Of a stretch of 20,000 bases of DNA, positions 9,669-17,804 are shown in pieces. Origin of the DNA: Promethearchaeati archaeon SRVP18_Atabeyarchaeia-1 (GTDB lineage: Archaea > Asgardarchaeota > Atabeyarchaeia > Atabeyarchaeales > Atabeyarchaeaceae); the NCBI GenBank assembly GCA_037308085.1, contig CP147779.1, positions 777,527-797,526 of the forward strand, read 5' to 3'. Each line of letters starts with the position of its first letter. Within the stretch, counting starts at the first letter, position 1. Made by a program: the position numbers and the translations under genes. The notes beneath the pieces are model-generated. The model did no database searches. It saw only the letters and a program-made list of their open reading frames with translations, and was not told the DNA's origin.

Positions 9669-11231
9669 TTATCCCATGTCAGGAGCAGTTCTCAGCCAGT
9701 TCAACTCGTTCTTATACGGGGTTCGGATGTCGTCTGCCTCCGTTTTTGTCATAAAGAGTCTCTCGAGCCCCAGCCCCCATGCTAGCACCGGATGCTTGAT
9801 TCCTAGGGGAAGCGTGACTTCTGGTCTGAAGATCCCCATGCCTCCAAGCTCTAACCATTTTCCAACAGTACGTGGCTTGCCGTCTTGATCAGTCAGCCTC
9901 CTCTCAACGTACGCGACGGCTTCGGCGCTGGGTTCGGTGTAGGGGAAGTAAGAGGGCCAGAATCGCACTTTCGGGAATCCAAGTCGGTTGTAGAACTCTT
10001 TGAGAATTCCCATCAAATCTGCCAGTGAGGCATCCTTGTCCATGATTATTCCTTCAATCTGATGGAACTCGGCTAGGTGTTTGTAATTGACTTTCTCATT
10101 TCTGTAGACCCGGTCGACAGAGAACACCTTGATTGGCGGGGTCGGATGTGAGGCGAGGTACTTGATGGTGGTGGCGGTCGTATGGGTTCTAAGTATCACT
10201 TGCTGTGCGATGTCTCTGCTCCACTTGTATCCCCATCCGGTCGACCCCGTCTCCCAGCCATCTTCATGTGTCTGTGCAATCCGTTTCACTATGGTCTGCT
10301 CAGGAAGCTTGGCCATAGAAGGCGTCGAGAGGTAGAATGTGTCATGCATCTCCCTAGCTGGGTGATCTTGGGGTTGAAACAGCGCGTCAAAGTTCCAGAA
10401 TGCAGATTCAACCAGATTACCTTTGATCTCCTCGAAACCCAGCTCAAGAAAGATCTCTCTCACCTCTTCGATCAAGTTAGCGATTGGATGGATCTTCGCG
10501 ATGGCCGTGGGTTCTGAAGGTGCCGAAACGTCGAATGGCTTGAAATTAGCCGTCTTCCAGTCGCCGGACCTGATCATTTCTGGAGTGAGTTGCGTAACCT
10601 CCTCGGTCACGTCTACGCCGGCGCGTACAGCTTCAAGTCCATTGCTCGTGATCGCCAAAGTCCTCGTCTTGTAGGTTGTGACCTCCGCCAGCCTACGTTT
10701 TTGAAGCAATTCAGCCACTTCCTTCAACTCCTGCCTTAACGAGGAGATCGGCAATTCCCGCCTTTCAGATAATTCCCTGATCAACTCCTCATCTGCAGAT
10801 CTCGAAGGTTTGGCTGTGGATTTGAGAAACAGCTTTCCAGCATCCTTGGTGGCCGTAGCCCAATTCTTTTTCCTAAGCCATCCTAGCGCTATAGTAGCTT
10901 CTCCATCTGTCAGAGGCAGCTCTTTCTTAAGTGCGCCGAACTCGCTGGCTCCGCCTTTTCTGATGAGATAATCTAAGATTATCCTTTCAGGAAGTCCAGC
11001 CTTCGAGCACTTAATGCCCTCTTCGGTGAGTTTTACTTGCTTTTCCTCTGATTCGAGAATCGCTACAAGATTCTTCTCAGATAGCGAAGTGGAGGCTCCG
11101 AATATGGTTGCCTGATCAAGTCTCAGGATATCTACGAGTTCACGAACAGTGATCTTCTTCTTTGCCTTTGCCAGAGCATCCAAGACGGATGCTTCAACTT
11201 GGCCCAAACTTAACGACTTAGATGATGGCAT
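9669..11231 (-). CDS. pheS: Phenylalanyl-tRNA synthetase alpha subunit
   Basis: HPAREMHDTFYL, QQVILRTHTTATTIKYLA, VFSVDRVYRNEKVNYKHLAEFHQIEG and GLGLERLFM. Confidence 0.96.
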   Translation of the reverse strand: MPSSKSLSLGQVEASVLDALAKAKKKITVRELVDILRLDQATIFGASTSLSEKNLVAILESEEKQVKLTEEGIKCSKAGLPERIILDYLIRKGGASEFGALKKELPLTDGEATIALGWLRKKNWATATKDAGKLFLKSTAKPSRSADEELIRELSERRELPISSLRQELKEVAELLQKRRLAEVTTYKTRTLAITSNGLEAVRAGVDVTEEVTQLTPEMIRSGDWKTANFKPFDVSAPSEPTAIAKIHPIANLIEEVREIFLELGFEEIKGNLVESAFWNFDALFQPQDHPAREMHDTFYLSTPSMAKLPEQTIVKRIAQTHEDGWETGSTGWGYKWSRDIAQQVILRTHTTATTIKYLASHPTPPIKVFSVDRVYRNEKVNYKHLAEFHQIEGIIMDKDASLADLMGILKEFYNRLGFPKVRFWPSYFPYTEPSAEAVAYVERRLTDQDGKPRTVGKWLELGGMGIFRPEVTLPLGIKHPVLAWGLGLERLFMTKTEADDIRTPYKNELNWLRTAPDMG

Positions 11232-11441
11232 CGCACGTTTCTCCTCAAGGAGGAGACCTTGAGCAGAGAATTCCTTTAGGCAAGGCTCTAACCTTTCATC
11301 ACAAAGGTTGACTAACCATCATTAAAACTCTTTGGTTAACGTATTCGCCCGCAAGAGCAGAGTCAAGTAGCGTTTACCTGCTCTAAGAGCTGATGCGGGA
11401 TAAACCTTGGAGGCAGGTCTCCAATGCGAAGCTATCGGTCC

Positions 11442-11915
11442 CTATTTCTGTTTTCCCTCCATCTCCCTGAGCTTCGTTGACCTGATTGGATGCCCCTCCC
11501 TGTCTAGAACCATCTCGATGACAACGGGAAGAAGCGGGCGTAGACCTTTCTTCTTTCTTGCTTGGTTTATTTCTGGGACTACTGATGCAGTTTCCTTGCT
11601 GACTACAAGCGCTTCTATTCTCGCGTCATCTGCAGTGGTCCCGAATCGATCTGAGATGGGTACCAGCTCTGCTCTTTCAAGAAATCCTTCTGATGATAGG
11701 AACTTCTTAATGTCCCCGACCCTGCGCTCGTATGGGTATATGAGTTCTCTTCTGGCCTTTCCTCCGAGCAGTTTCTCTGTCGCCACGCCTATGACCACCT
11801 TCCTCCCAACCTGGAATGCTTTTCGGAGTAAGACCTTGTGTCCTTCATGCAGGCGGTCGAAGGTTCCTCCCACGGCGACGCAACTGAATAGGGGCATTTG
11901 GGCAAGCACCGGCAC
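11442..11915 (-). CDS. Phosphopantetheine adenylyltransferase (archaeal type, nucleotidyltransferase fold)
   Basis: VAVGGTFDRLHEGHKVLLRKAFQVGRKVVIGVATEKLLGGK, with a C-terminal RHPIRSTKLR-like segment. Confidence 0.85.
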   Translation of the reverse strand: MPVLAQMPLFSCVAVGGTFDRLHEGHKVLLRKAFQVGRKVVIGVATEKLLGGKARRELIYPYERRVGDIKKFLSSEGFLERAELVPISDRFGTTADDARIEALVVSKETASVVPEINQARKKKGLRPLLPVVIEMVLDREGHPIRSTKLREMEGKQK

Positions 11916-12002
11916 AGAGTGTTTCTGTGAATGATTTATTTAAAAGGAAGATACCATAAAAGGATATTCTTAGTACGTGGAACCCACAGGGTGTGGAGAT
12001 CG

Positions 12003-12914
12003 ATGGGAAATAGCATGTTGTCCAGCAAGGAGCTGGAGGCCTACCGAAATGCAGGAAGAATCGCCTCGCTTGTCAGGAGAAGCATTGCGGAACTCGTTAA
12101 GCCAGGAGAGAAGATCTCAAGAGTATGTGTGCAGAGCGAGAATATGATCAGAAGAAAGGATGCAGTCCCAGCGTTTCCGACTAATGTTTCTGTGAACGAT
12201 GTCACCGCTCACTACACTTCCCCGCCTGGCGACGAGACCGTGTTTCCCGAGAATGGGCTGGTCAAGGTCGACCTTGGAGCCTCGGTCGACGGCTACTTAT
12301 CAGATACTGCCATAACAGTGGATCTCAGTGGCAGAGAAACTGCCATGGTAGGCGCAGCTGATAAAGCTCTAAAGGCTGCAATATCGGCTATCAAGGCAGG
12401 GGTTAGTGTTGGTGCAGTGGGAGGGGCAATAAGCAGAGTCATACTAGGCGCTGGGCTGAAACCCATATCGAACCTCACTGGACATAGTCTGGCTAGAAAT
12501 GAGCTTCACTCAGGAACATCAGTTCCCAATATCCCGATGCAATTGGGACACGTGATGAGGGAGGGGGAGGTCTACGCCATTGAACCCTTCGTGACAAAAA
12601 AGGAAGGGAAGGGTTTCGTGAAGGAGTCAAAGAACACGTACATATTCAGCTGCAACGCCGATGCATCCGACCTGGGCGCCAGCGATTCCCCCGAAAAAGC
12701 TGTTTTCGGCGAATTCAAGAAGAAGTTTGGCAATCTGCCTTTCGCGCTTCGATGGATCGATCATAATATTGATGAAAAGCCGTTCAAGAAGCTTCTGAAG
12801 GAAGGGTTCCTAGTAGGGTACCCAGTACTAGTGGAGGCAGGTGGGAAAATCGTCGCCCAAGCGGAACATACCGTGCTGGTGAAGAAATACGGTTGTGAGG
12901 TGCTAACCAGTTAG
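12003..12914 (+). CDS. map: Type II methionine aminopeptidase
   Basis: FPTNVSVNDVTAHYTSPPGDE, VKVDLGASVDGYLSDTAITV, NLTGHSLARNELHSGTSVPN, EGEVYAIEPFVT and AEHTVLV. The start is probably ATG 12003 or 12015 rather than 11931. Confidence 0.94.
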   Translation: MGNSMLSSKELEAYRNAGRIASLVRRSIAELVKPGEKISRVCVQSENMIRRKDAVPAFPTNVSVNDVTAHYTSPPGDETVFPENGLVKVDLGASVDGYLSDTAITVDLSGRETAMVGAADKALKAAISAIKAGVSVGAVGGAISRVILGAGLKPISNLTGHSLARNELHSGTSVPNIPMQLGHVMREGEVYAIEPFVTKKEGKGFVKESKNTYIFSCNADASDLGASDSPEKAVFGEFKKKFGNLPFALRWIDHNIDEKPFKKLLKEGFLVGYPVLVEAGGKIVAQAEHTVLVKKYGCEVLTS

Positions 12915-12953
12915 ATCTGGGCTGATGAAAGCTCCCTTTTCAGGTGGGTACCA

Positions 12954-13349
12954 CTAAGACGGCGAGAGCTGGGTTTTCTGTGCCGGGACGGTGTATATCG
13001 ATCTCACGAACATTTCGCCATCGCAGTCTTTGCATTTGCCAACATTCTTGTAAACATAGTCCCCCTTTAGGAAGTCTCTGACCTCAGTGTACTCACACTT
13101 GGAGCATTTCAAGACCGTTACAGTCCTGAATATTGGAGTTTGCCGGGGCGGGCTCCGAGCAGCACTTAGAAACGAGAAGAAAAGAGAGAACAAGAAGAAG
13201 CCCAGTATGAATGCAATGTAGTCTCCGGTCTCGATGCCCGCATAGAGGTAGGGAAGGCCAAAGAACAGGCAGATTAGCCCTATTATGACGAAGATTATGC
13301 GGACGCCTCTGACGGCACCGCCAGATCTGGGTGGTTGGCTGTCGCTCAA
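12954..13349 (-). CDS. Small membrane protein with C-terminal zinc ribbon
   Basis: Two hydrophobic segments followed by CSKCEYTEVRDFLKGDYVYKNVGKCKDCDG (CxxC...CxxC). Confidence 0.6.
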   Translation of the reverse strand: MSDSQPPRSGGAVRGVRIIFVIIGLICLFFGLPYLYAGIETGDYIAFILGFFLFSLFFSFLSAARSPPRQTPIFRTVTVLKCSKCEYTEVRDFLKGDYVYKNVGKCKDCDGEMFVRSIYTVPAQKTQLSPS

Positions 13350-13369
13350 GGATATTGCCTCCGGGGAGT

Positions 13370-14512
13370 TTAGCCTACTCCAATAGTGTTCCCGATACCG
13401 GCGACGATGACCGTTGAGCCAGGCTTTGTTCTTTCTTTGATTATCTGTCTGATTCTATCTGAAACCTTGTCGGCAGCGTCGCTTATTTCCTTCTTCATTG
13501 GCGTGACTGCCTCTTCAATTGCTTCCTTAACTAGAATCGCGTCTATGGGTATCTTGTACTTCACGGCGGCTTCCTCAATCTTGTACTTCTCAGGACCAGG
13601 ATCTCCTATTGCGGCTCCGACACCCTCAACAACGTCGCCGGTCGTTTCACCCTCAAGTTTACCCGCTGCGTCGACCATGATTATCCTGGAGATCTCTCCC
13701 TTGAACTCTTCGACCATCTTGGCGATTGCTTCCCCTGGCTTACCAACGCGACTACCTGGTCCCTTCGCCCTAACGAGGATCACATTTCTGTCCTCAATCT
13801 TGATTTGTGCGACAGTAACCTCCTTCGCAACATCCTCGTTAACAATCGGTTCTAAGCCGCTCTTCTTGTACGAATCCACGATGCGGGCGGCGACGAGCGG
13901 TCCAAGTCCATCGCCGATAGGCTTGCCTACGGAGAAGGCTTTTAGCGCTTCGAAGTATGACTTGGCGATCCTCATGATTTGTGCCAGCTGCATTTGCACC
14001 TGCATCGTGATCATCATGTTCTTCTCTTTCTTGCTGAGAAGGTAGTAGTGCCTGATAACCTTGAAGATAAAGTAGACGGCGCTAGCTGCTTCAATCGACC
14101 CTTCGAGGTTCGAGGCCTCGTCCTTGCTGGCAGCAGGAGCCATCCTTGCAACAGCATCCTCGTAGCTTGATTTTCTAACGTCCAGAATGTGATCCAACCT
14201 TTGGATTACCCCGGCTGGATCGAGGCTGACAGGCTCGATTGTCACAAATTCCAGCATTCCAGCAACCGCCTTGGATGGATCCTCTGAAGGTTTGCCAACA
14301 TCCTTCACAGACTTTGTGAGGATCTCCTTAGACTCTACCGACATCCTGTCAAGCTTGAAGAGAGCCTGCTCTATCTGCTTCGTCATCCTCCACACCTGAA
14401 GAGCATTGCCATAGAAAATGATGAAGAAGAAGAAGACAAAATACAGCATGTTGATTACCAGGCCGAGCGTATTATCACTCGAACCGAACAACTGCAGTGG
14501 CACCAATCCCAT
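13370..14512 (-). CDS. Membrane-anchored conserved archaeal protein, DUF1512-like
   Basis: N-terminal TM segment (MLYFVFFFFIIFYGNALQVW) and a long cytoplasmic domain ending in GSTVIVAGIGNTIGVG. Family name recalled from memory, not searched. Confidence 0.6.
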   Translation of the reverse strand: MGLVPLQLFGSSDNTLGLVINMLYFVFFFFIIFYGNALQVWRMTKQIEQALFKLDRMSVESKEILTKSVKDVGKPSEDPSKAVAGMLEFVTIEPVSLDPAGVIQRLDHILDVRKSSYEDAVARMAPAASKDEASNLEGSIEAASAVYFIFKVIRHYYLLSKKEKNMMITMQVQMQLAQIMRIAKSYFEALKAFSVGKPIGDGLGPLVAARIVDSYKKSGLEPIVNEDVAKEVTVAQIKIEDRNVILVRAKGPGSRVGKPGEAIAKMVEEFKGEISRIIMVDAAGKLEGETTGDVVEGVGAAIGDPGPEKYKIEEAAVKYKIPIDAILVKEAIEEAVTPMKKEISDAADKVSDRIRQIIKERTKPGSTVIVAGIGNTIGVG

Positions 14513-14714
14513 ATTACTGGTCTCCTATCACAGTGTTGATCCTTCTCATTTACTCTCAAAGACTAGCATGATTTGACTCCAGCTTTTTATAAACTTGTGT
14601 GTTTAGGCAATCGAGAAGGCAAGGCATTCGGTCGATTCCCGCAACACCAGAAAGAATCCACGCGCAGCTCCCACTACCAGCAACCCACGGATGAAATGCC
14701 CCGAGAAACAAAGA

Positions 14715-14892
14715 GTGGCAACAATCCGTGGTCGGAACGGGAACGGGTGTTACCCCTCGCCTATGACCGGCGGCGCACCGCCAGCCGTCCAAGCTTCCCG
14801 AGAGATCTCTCATCTCAGTACAACTTGCACCGCGCGAGGACTTAACTCTCACGGCCGAGGTTGGCACCTGGTCGGCTCTCACGTGTTGCCAC
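14715..14892 (-). rRNA. Circularly permuted 5S rRNA gene (3' half first, then 5' half) with complementary flanking arms
   Basis: 3' half is minus 14847->14778: AGUUAAGUCCUCGCGCGGUGCAAGUUGUACUGAGAUGAGAGAUCUCUCGGGAAGCUUGGACGGCUGGCGG. Loop UGCG is 14777-14774. 5' half is minus 14773->14725: CCGCCGGUCAUAGGCGAGGGGUAACACCCGUUCCCGUUCCGACCACGGA. The reconstituted RNA is 119 nt. Helix I CUGGCGG/CCGCCGG, helix II GCGAGG/CCUCGC, helix IV GAGAU/AUCUC and helix V CAAG/CUUG all form. Flanking arms GUGGCAACA (minus 14892-14884) and UGUUGCCAC (minus 14723-14715) are perfectly complementary. Confidence 0.85.
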
Positions 14893-14922
14893 CAAAGGTA
14901 CGTGTATTATCAAAGAATAGTT

Positions 14923-14930
14923 CTTATAAA
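14923..14930 (-). promoter_or_regulatory. TATA-like box for the permuted 5S RNA
   Basis: Minus strand TTTATAAG about 25-30 nt upstream of the likely precursor start (about 14897-14900). Confidence 0.55.
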
Positions 14931-15288
14931 CTTAGCGATATCGGGTTCTGTTAACTTAGCGTGGGACGGGGAAGAGTGTTAAGCACATTGGGGTGGTACC
15001 GTCTCTATTCAGTGGATCCCCTATGGGCACGTAAGTTATAGGGAGAGTGTAGTGGGGGGCTCGAAAAGGAGAATGCACAGGACGCGATCTTCTTAACTTG
15101 CGCGCAGGGTATAGAAGGTTGATCCAGGCTAAGTCAACAGAACCTAACATCATCCAGACGTAAATCAATCTGGGAACCTCTCAATCATGGCAAGTTCACG
15201 GGGGTATAGAGAAATGCTTAACTATCAGATTAATCGCAATCTAACTAGCAGGGGCTGTAGCCTAGCCTGGGTGGGCATCGGGCTCCAG

Positions 15289-15357
15289 TTATGTTGTATC
15301 CATTGAACGCGACCGTAATCGGGATGACGAGTTACTGGAGCGGCCCATACGGGAGAA
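15289..15357 (+). other. Intron 1 of tRNA-Trp (canonical 37/38 position, 69 nt)
   Basis: BHB: exon CUCC (15283-15286) pairs with intron GGAG (15352-15355). Bulges are AG|U (15287-15289) and AA|A (15356-15358). Anticodon stem CCCGA follows. Confidence 0.85.
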
Positions 15358-15365
15358 ACCCGAAG

Positions 15366-15396
15366 AGTGAATTGCTCGATGCGGGTTCACGCGGAA
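15366..15396 (+). other. Intron 2 of tRNA-Trp (variable loop, 31 nt)
   Basis: Bulges AG|A (15364-15366) and AA|G (15395-15397). Central CCG/CGG plus an A.G mismatch. Inner helix GUGAA/UUCAC. Removal gives the canonical variable loop AGGUC. Confidence 0.75.
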
Positions 15397-15415
15397 GTCG
15401 GGAGTTCAAAACTCC

Positions 15416-15447
15416 ACGAGATCATGTCTCCTGGTCTGAGAGTCTCC
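15416..15447 (+). other. Intron 3 of tRNA-Trp (3' side of T-stem, 32 nt, boundaries ambiguous by up to 4 nt)
   Basis: Needed to complete T-stem CUCCC and acceptor CAGCCCC A. ACUC(15411-15414)/GAGU(15440-15443) and AGAUC/GGUCU stems form, but the BHB is noncanonical. Confidence 0.65.
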
Positions 15448-15639
15448 CCAGCCCCACCTATTCCGCCGTTTTTCCGAAGTCAATGCGGATGAACGCATTG
15501 TGTGGCTCCTTTTGCAGAGTGGTAGGGGTGATATACTCGCGGTTTTACACAAGCTTTCCCTGCCATATCATTCTTCCACATTTCCTCTCGCCAAAATTGT
15601 TGACACGGAGTAGGTGGGTCAATCAGTTGTGAAAGGAAT

Positions 15640-15923
15640 CAAAATACAGGATAATACTGCCAACTTTGGGAAACGGTATGTGAATAACACATGGAAACGT
15701 CCTTGACCCAGCACACTCTTGAGCTCTAAATAGGATCGACCATTGACGCTACTGGTGAAAGGGAAGTAAAGACTTGCCTATCAGCATGTGGGGGAACTTC
15801 CACATCTTGGGTGCGGTAACTAGCCATTGTGAAGATGCTACTAGCAGTGACGAAGGGAATGGTGGCGCTGCTTTCAGAACCATCAACTCGACCAGGATCT
15901 TTCCCAGTGGCAAGCTCCAACTG
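15640..15923 (+). ncRNA. Candidate omegaRNA (HEARO-type) upstream of iscB; 5' boundary unknown
   Basis: Structured sequence immediately upstream of the IscB start: AUGUGG(15786-15791)/CCACAU(15800-15805), and a terminal CAGGAUCUUUCCCAGUGGCAAGCUCCAACUG element with CUU/AAG, GA/UC and CAG/CUG pairs. Position relative to the ORF matches known IscB omegaRNAs. Confidence 0.55.
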
Positions 15924-17260
15924 ATGCCGAACACCTACGTTTTCGTTCTTTGCAGGTGCCGCAGACCTCTGATGCCAACAACTGCACCCAAAGCCAGGAT
16001 TCTACTGAAACAGAACAGAGCAAAGGTTTTCCGTCTATATCCCTTCACGATACAGCTTAACTATGAGACCCATCACCAGGCGCAACCTATGGAGATACGG
16101 ATCGACTATGGTGCCAAGACGCATGGCATCGCTCTAGTACAGCAGTGCAAAACACAAGAGCGAGCAGTCTTTCTCGGTGAGGCGCAGCAACGAAAAGATG
16201 TCAAGAAGAAAATGGACATAAGGAGGGAAATGCGCAGACTGAGAAGATACAGGAACACTCGTTACAGAAAACCACGGTTCAGCAACCGTAGACGACCAGA
16301 AGGCTGGGTGCCGCCAACTATAGCCCAAAGAGTCGAGTCAATCACAAGAATCGCGCGAACTCTAGAGAAGCTAACTTCAATTACCAGCGTAGTAACTGAA
16401 ATCGGCATGTTTGATGCACAGAAGATGAACGACCCAGAGATAGAGGGTATCGAATACCAGCAAGGTCCTGGTCATGGCTCGAAAACAAGAAACAAGCGAC
16501 CCTAGCGTACTTCAACTACATATGTCAATACTGTGGAGCAGAAAGGGGCATAATGACAGTAGACCATGTTATGCCGACAAGTAAGGGGGGCACAGACACC
16601 TGGAACAACCTAACATGTGCGTGCTTGGCCTGCAACAAGAAGAAGAACGACCGTACCCCAGAAGAAGCAAATATGTAATACCCCAAAACGGTAAAACCAA
16701 GAGAAGCGCATTTCCTGAAGTTTTGTGCACTAATGCAATCAGGAAAAACCAGACTTGTCAACGAACTGAAGAAACTTGCACCTACACAAACGGTATACGG
16801 CTGGCAGACAAAACGGAACCGGGAGACAGCAAATCTGCCGAAGACTCACTACTTCGATGCACTCTGCACGAGAAACATAAACCAAAAACCAATTAGATTG
16901 ACAGGCAATGTTTACTGGATCAGACTCAGGAGACGCAACATAAGGCGAACACATCTCGTGAATCCCATGAAAGGAGGGAAGAGGCAGCCTTACAACCAAA
17001 ATAAGGAACTTCAAGGATATAGGAAAGGCGACCTAGTTCGAACTCCACACGGACTAGCATACATAGTAGGAATTCTGACCTCAGGACAGCTTCAATATCA
17101 GACCATCTACGGACAAATACAGAAAAGAATCCCCAAGCAAGTCAAGCTAGTCGAGAGCACAAGAGGTGTCCGCTTCTTTCCAATGAAGAAAGAAGCCCGA
17201 GCCAAGTATCGTTTTGGAGACCAAGCGAGGCCTTCAGAAACTAGGGTCAGTGATGCTTAA
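15924..17260 (+). pseudogene. iscB: IscB-family RNA-guided nuclease (PLMP, RuvC I-III, bridge helix, HNH), split by one frameshift and one stop
   Basis: Frame 3: VFVLCRCRRPLMPTTAPKARILLKQNRAKV (PLMP), IRIDYGAKTHGIALV (RuvC-I), RREMRRLRRYRNTRYRKPRFSNRRRPEGWVPPTIAQRVESI (bridge), VVTEIGMFDAQKMNDPEIEGIEYQQG (RuvC-II). Frame 2: YICQYCGAERGIMTVDHVMPTSKGGTDTWNNLTCACLACNKKKNDRT (HNH), TAA at 16676, then LPKTHYFDALC (RuvC-III) and a C-terminal YRKGDLVRTPHGLAYIVG. Confidence 0.9.
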
Positions 17261-17289
17261 TGAGGCGTTAGGCATATGAACTATGTCTG

Positions 17290-17400
17290 GGAGGTTAGCT
17301 CAAATACCACCACGGAATGCATGCTCTAGTTCCGTGCTCTGGGAGTCTGGGTGAAGGAAAGCTTCCGCCAAGCCCAGGGTGCTCTACTCTCAGCGGCAAC
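17290..17400. ncRNA. Structured RNA candidate downstream of iscB
   Basis: CTGGGTGAAG...CTTCCGCCAAGCCCAG and CTCTCA(GCGGCAACG)TGAGAG hairpins are packed into about 110 nt. Confidence 0.3.
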
Positions 17401-17804
17401 GTGAGAGCAACATCATCTAGACACACAGCTTCTCCCGACTTACCCGAAGAGCGACCTAACCCCGCTGATGTGCACGACAGGATCAGTGGGAGATATTACC
17501 TCTGCAAGGTACTGAGATCTGCATAAGAAGACCATCTTCCCCCAGCGTCCATAGTAGGTCTGTCACGATTCCCAGAACGGCTACACAGATCACGTAACAG
17601 GTGACAGAAGGAGCATGGAACTGTATCCGAGAATGTAATGACACGGAGGATCGGTGTCATGTACGCCTATCTGTAAAACGACTATGGAGGGTGATAAGCG
17701 CTCTGGCAAAGAGGTGGGTAGACAGCTTGGAACAGTGGAAATCTCGCTCGCAGCATGACCAGAAAGCTAAATACATAAACCAGAGCTACTGATAAGAGGA
17801 ATAA

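Larger units (their letters stand above)
15251..15456 (+). tRNA. tRNA-Trp(CCA) with three inferred introns
   Basis: Exons are 15251-15288, 15358-15365, 15397-15415 and 15448-15456, joined length 74 nt. Acceptor GGGGCUG/CAGCCCC plus A73. D-stem GCCU/GGGC. Anticodon stem UCGGG/CCCGA with loop CUCCAGA. Variable loop AGGUC. T-arm GGGAG UUCAAAA CUCCC. Confidence 0.85.

Noticed and set aside
7984-11231. Small antisense ORFs within pheT and pheS (e.g. 8555..8755, 8828..9082, 9416..9754, 10182..10517)
   Set aside because: They lie antisense or overlapping to strongly conserved synthetase genes and lack signatures.
11407-11934. + strand ORF 11407..11934 (175 aa)
   Set aside because: Antisense to the well-supported phosphopantetheine adenylyltransferase gene. 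Serine-rich, low-complexity translation.
14848-14892. Reading this region as an ordinary linear 5S starting at GGUGGCAACACGUGAG
   Set aside because: The putative linear helix III pairs poorly, and a better consensus 5S 5' half exists downstream (14773-14725). Helix I and helix II pair perfectly only in the permuted arrangement.
14556-15168. ORFs 14556..14882 (-), 14573..14845 (+), 14691..14954 (+) and 14956..15168 (-)
   Set aside because: They overlap the 5S rRNA region on both strands or have no recognisable protein signature. They are best explained as chance ORFs in GC-rich RNA-coding DNA.
15774-15923. N-terminal extension of the IscB ORF (MPISMWGNFHILG...)
   Set aside because: No similarity to IscB N-termini. 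The conserved protein begins MPNTYVFVL at 15924, and the upstream DNA looks like omegaRNA.
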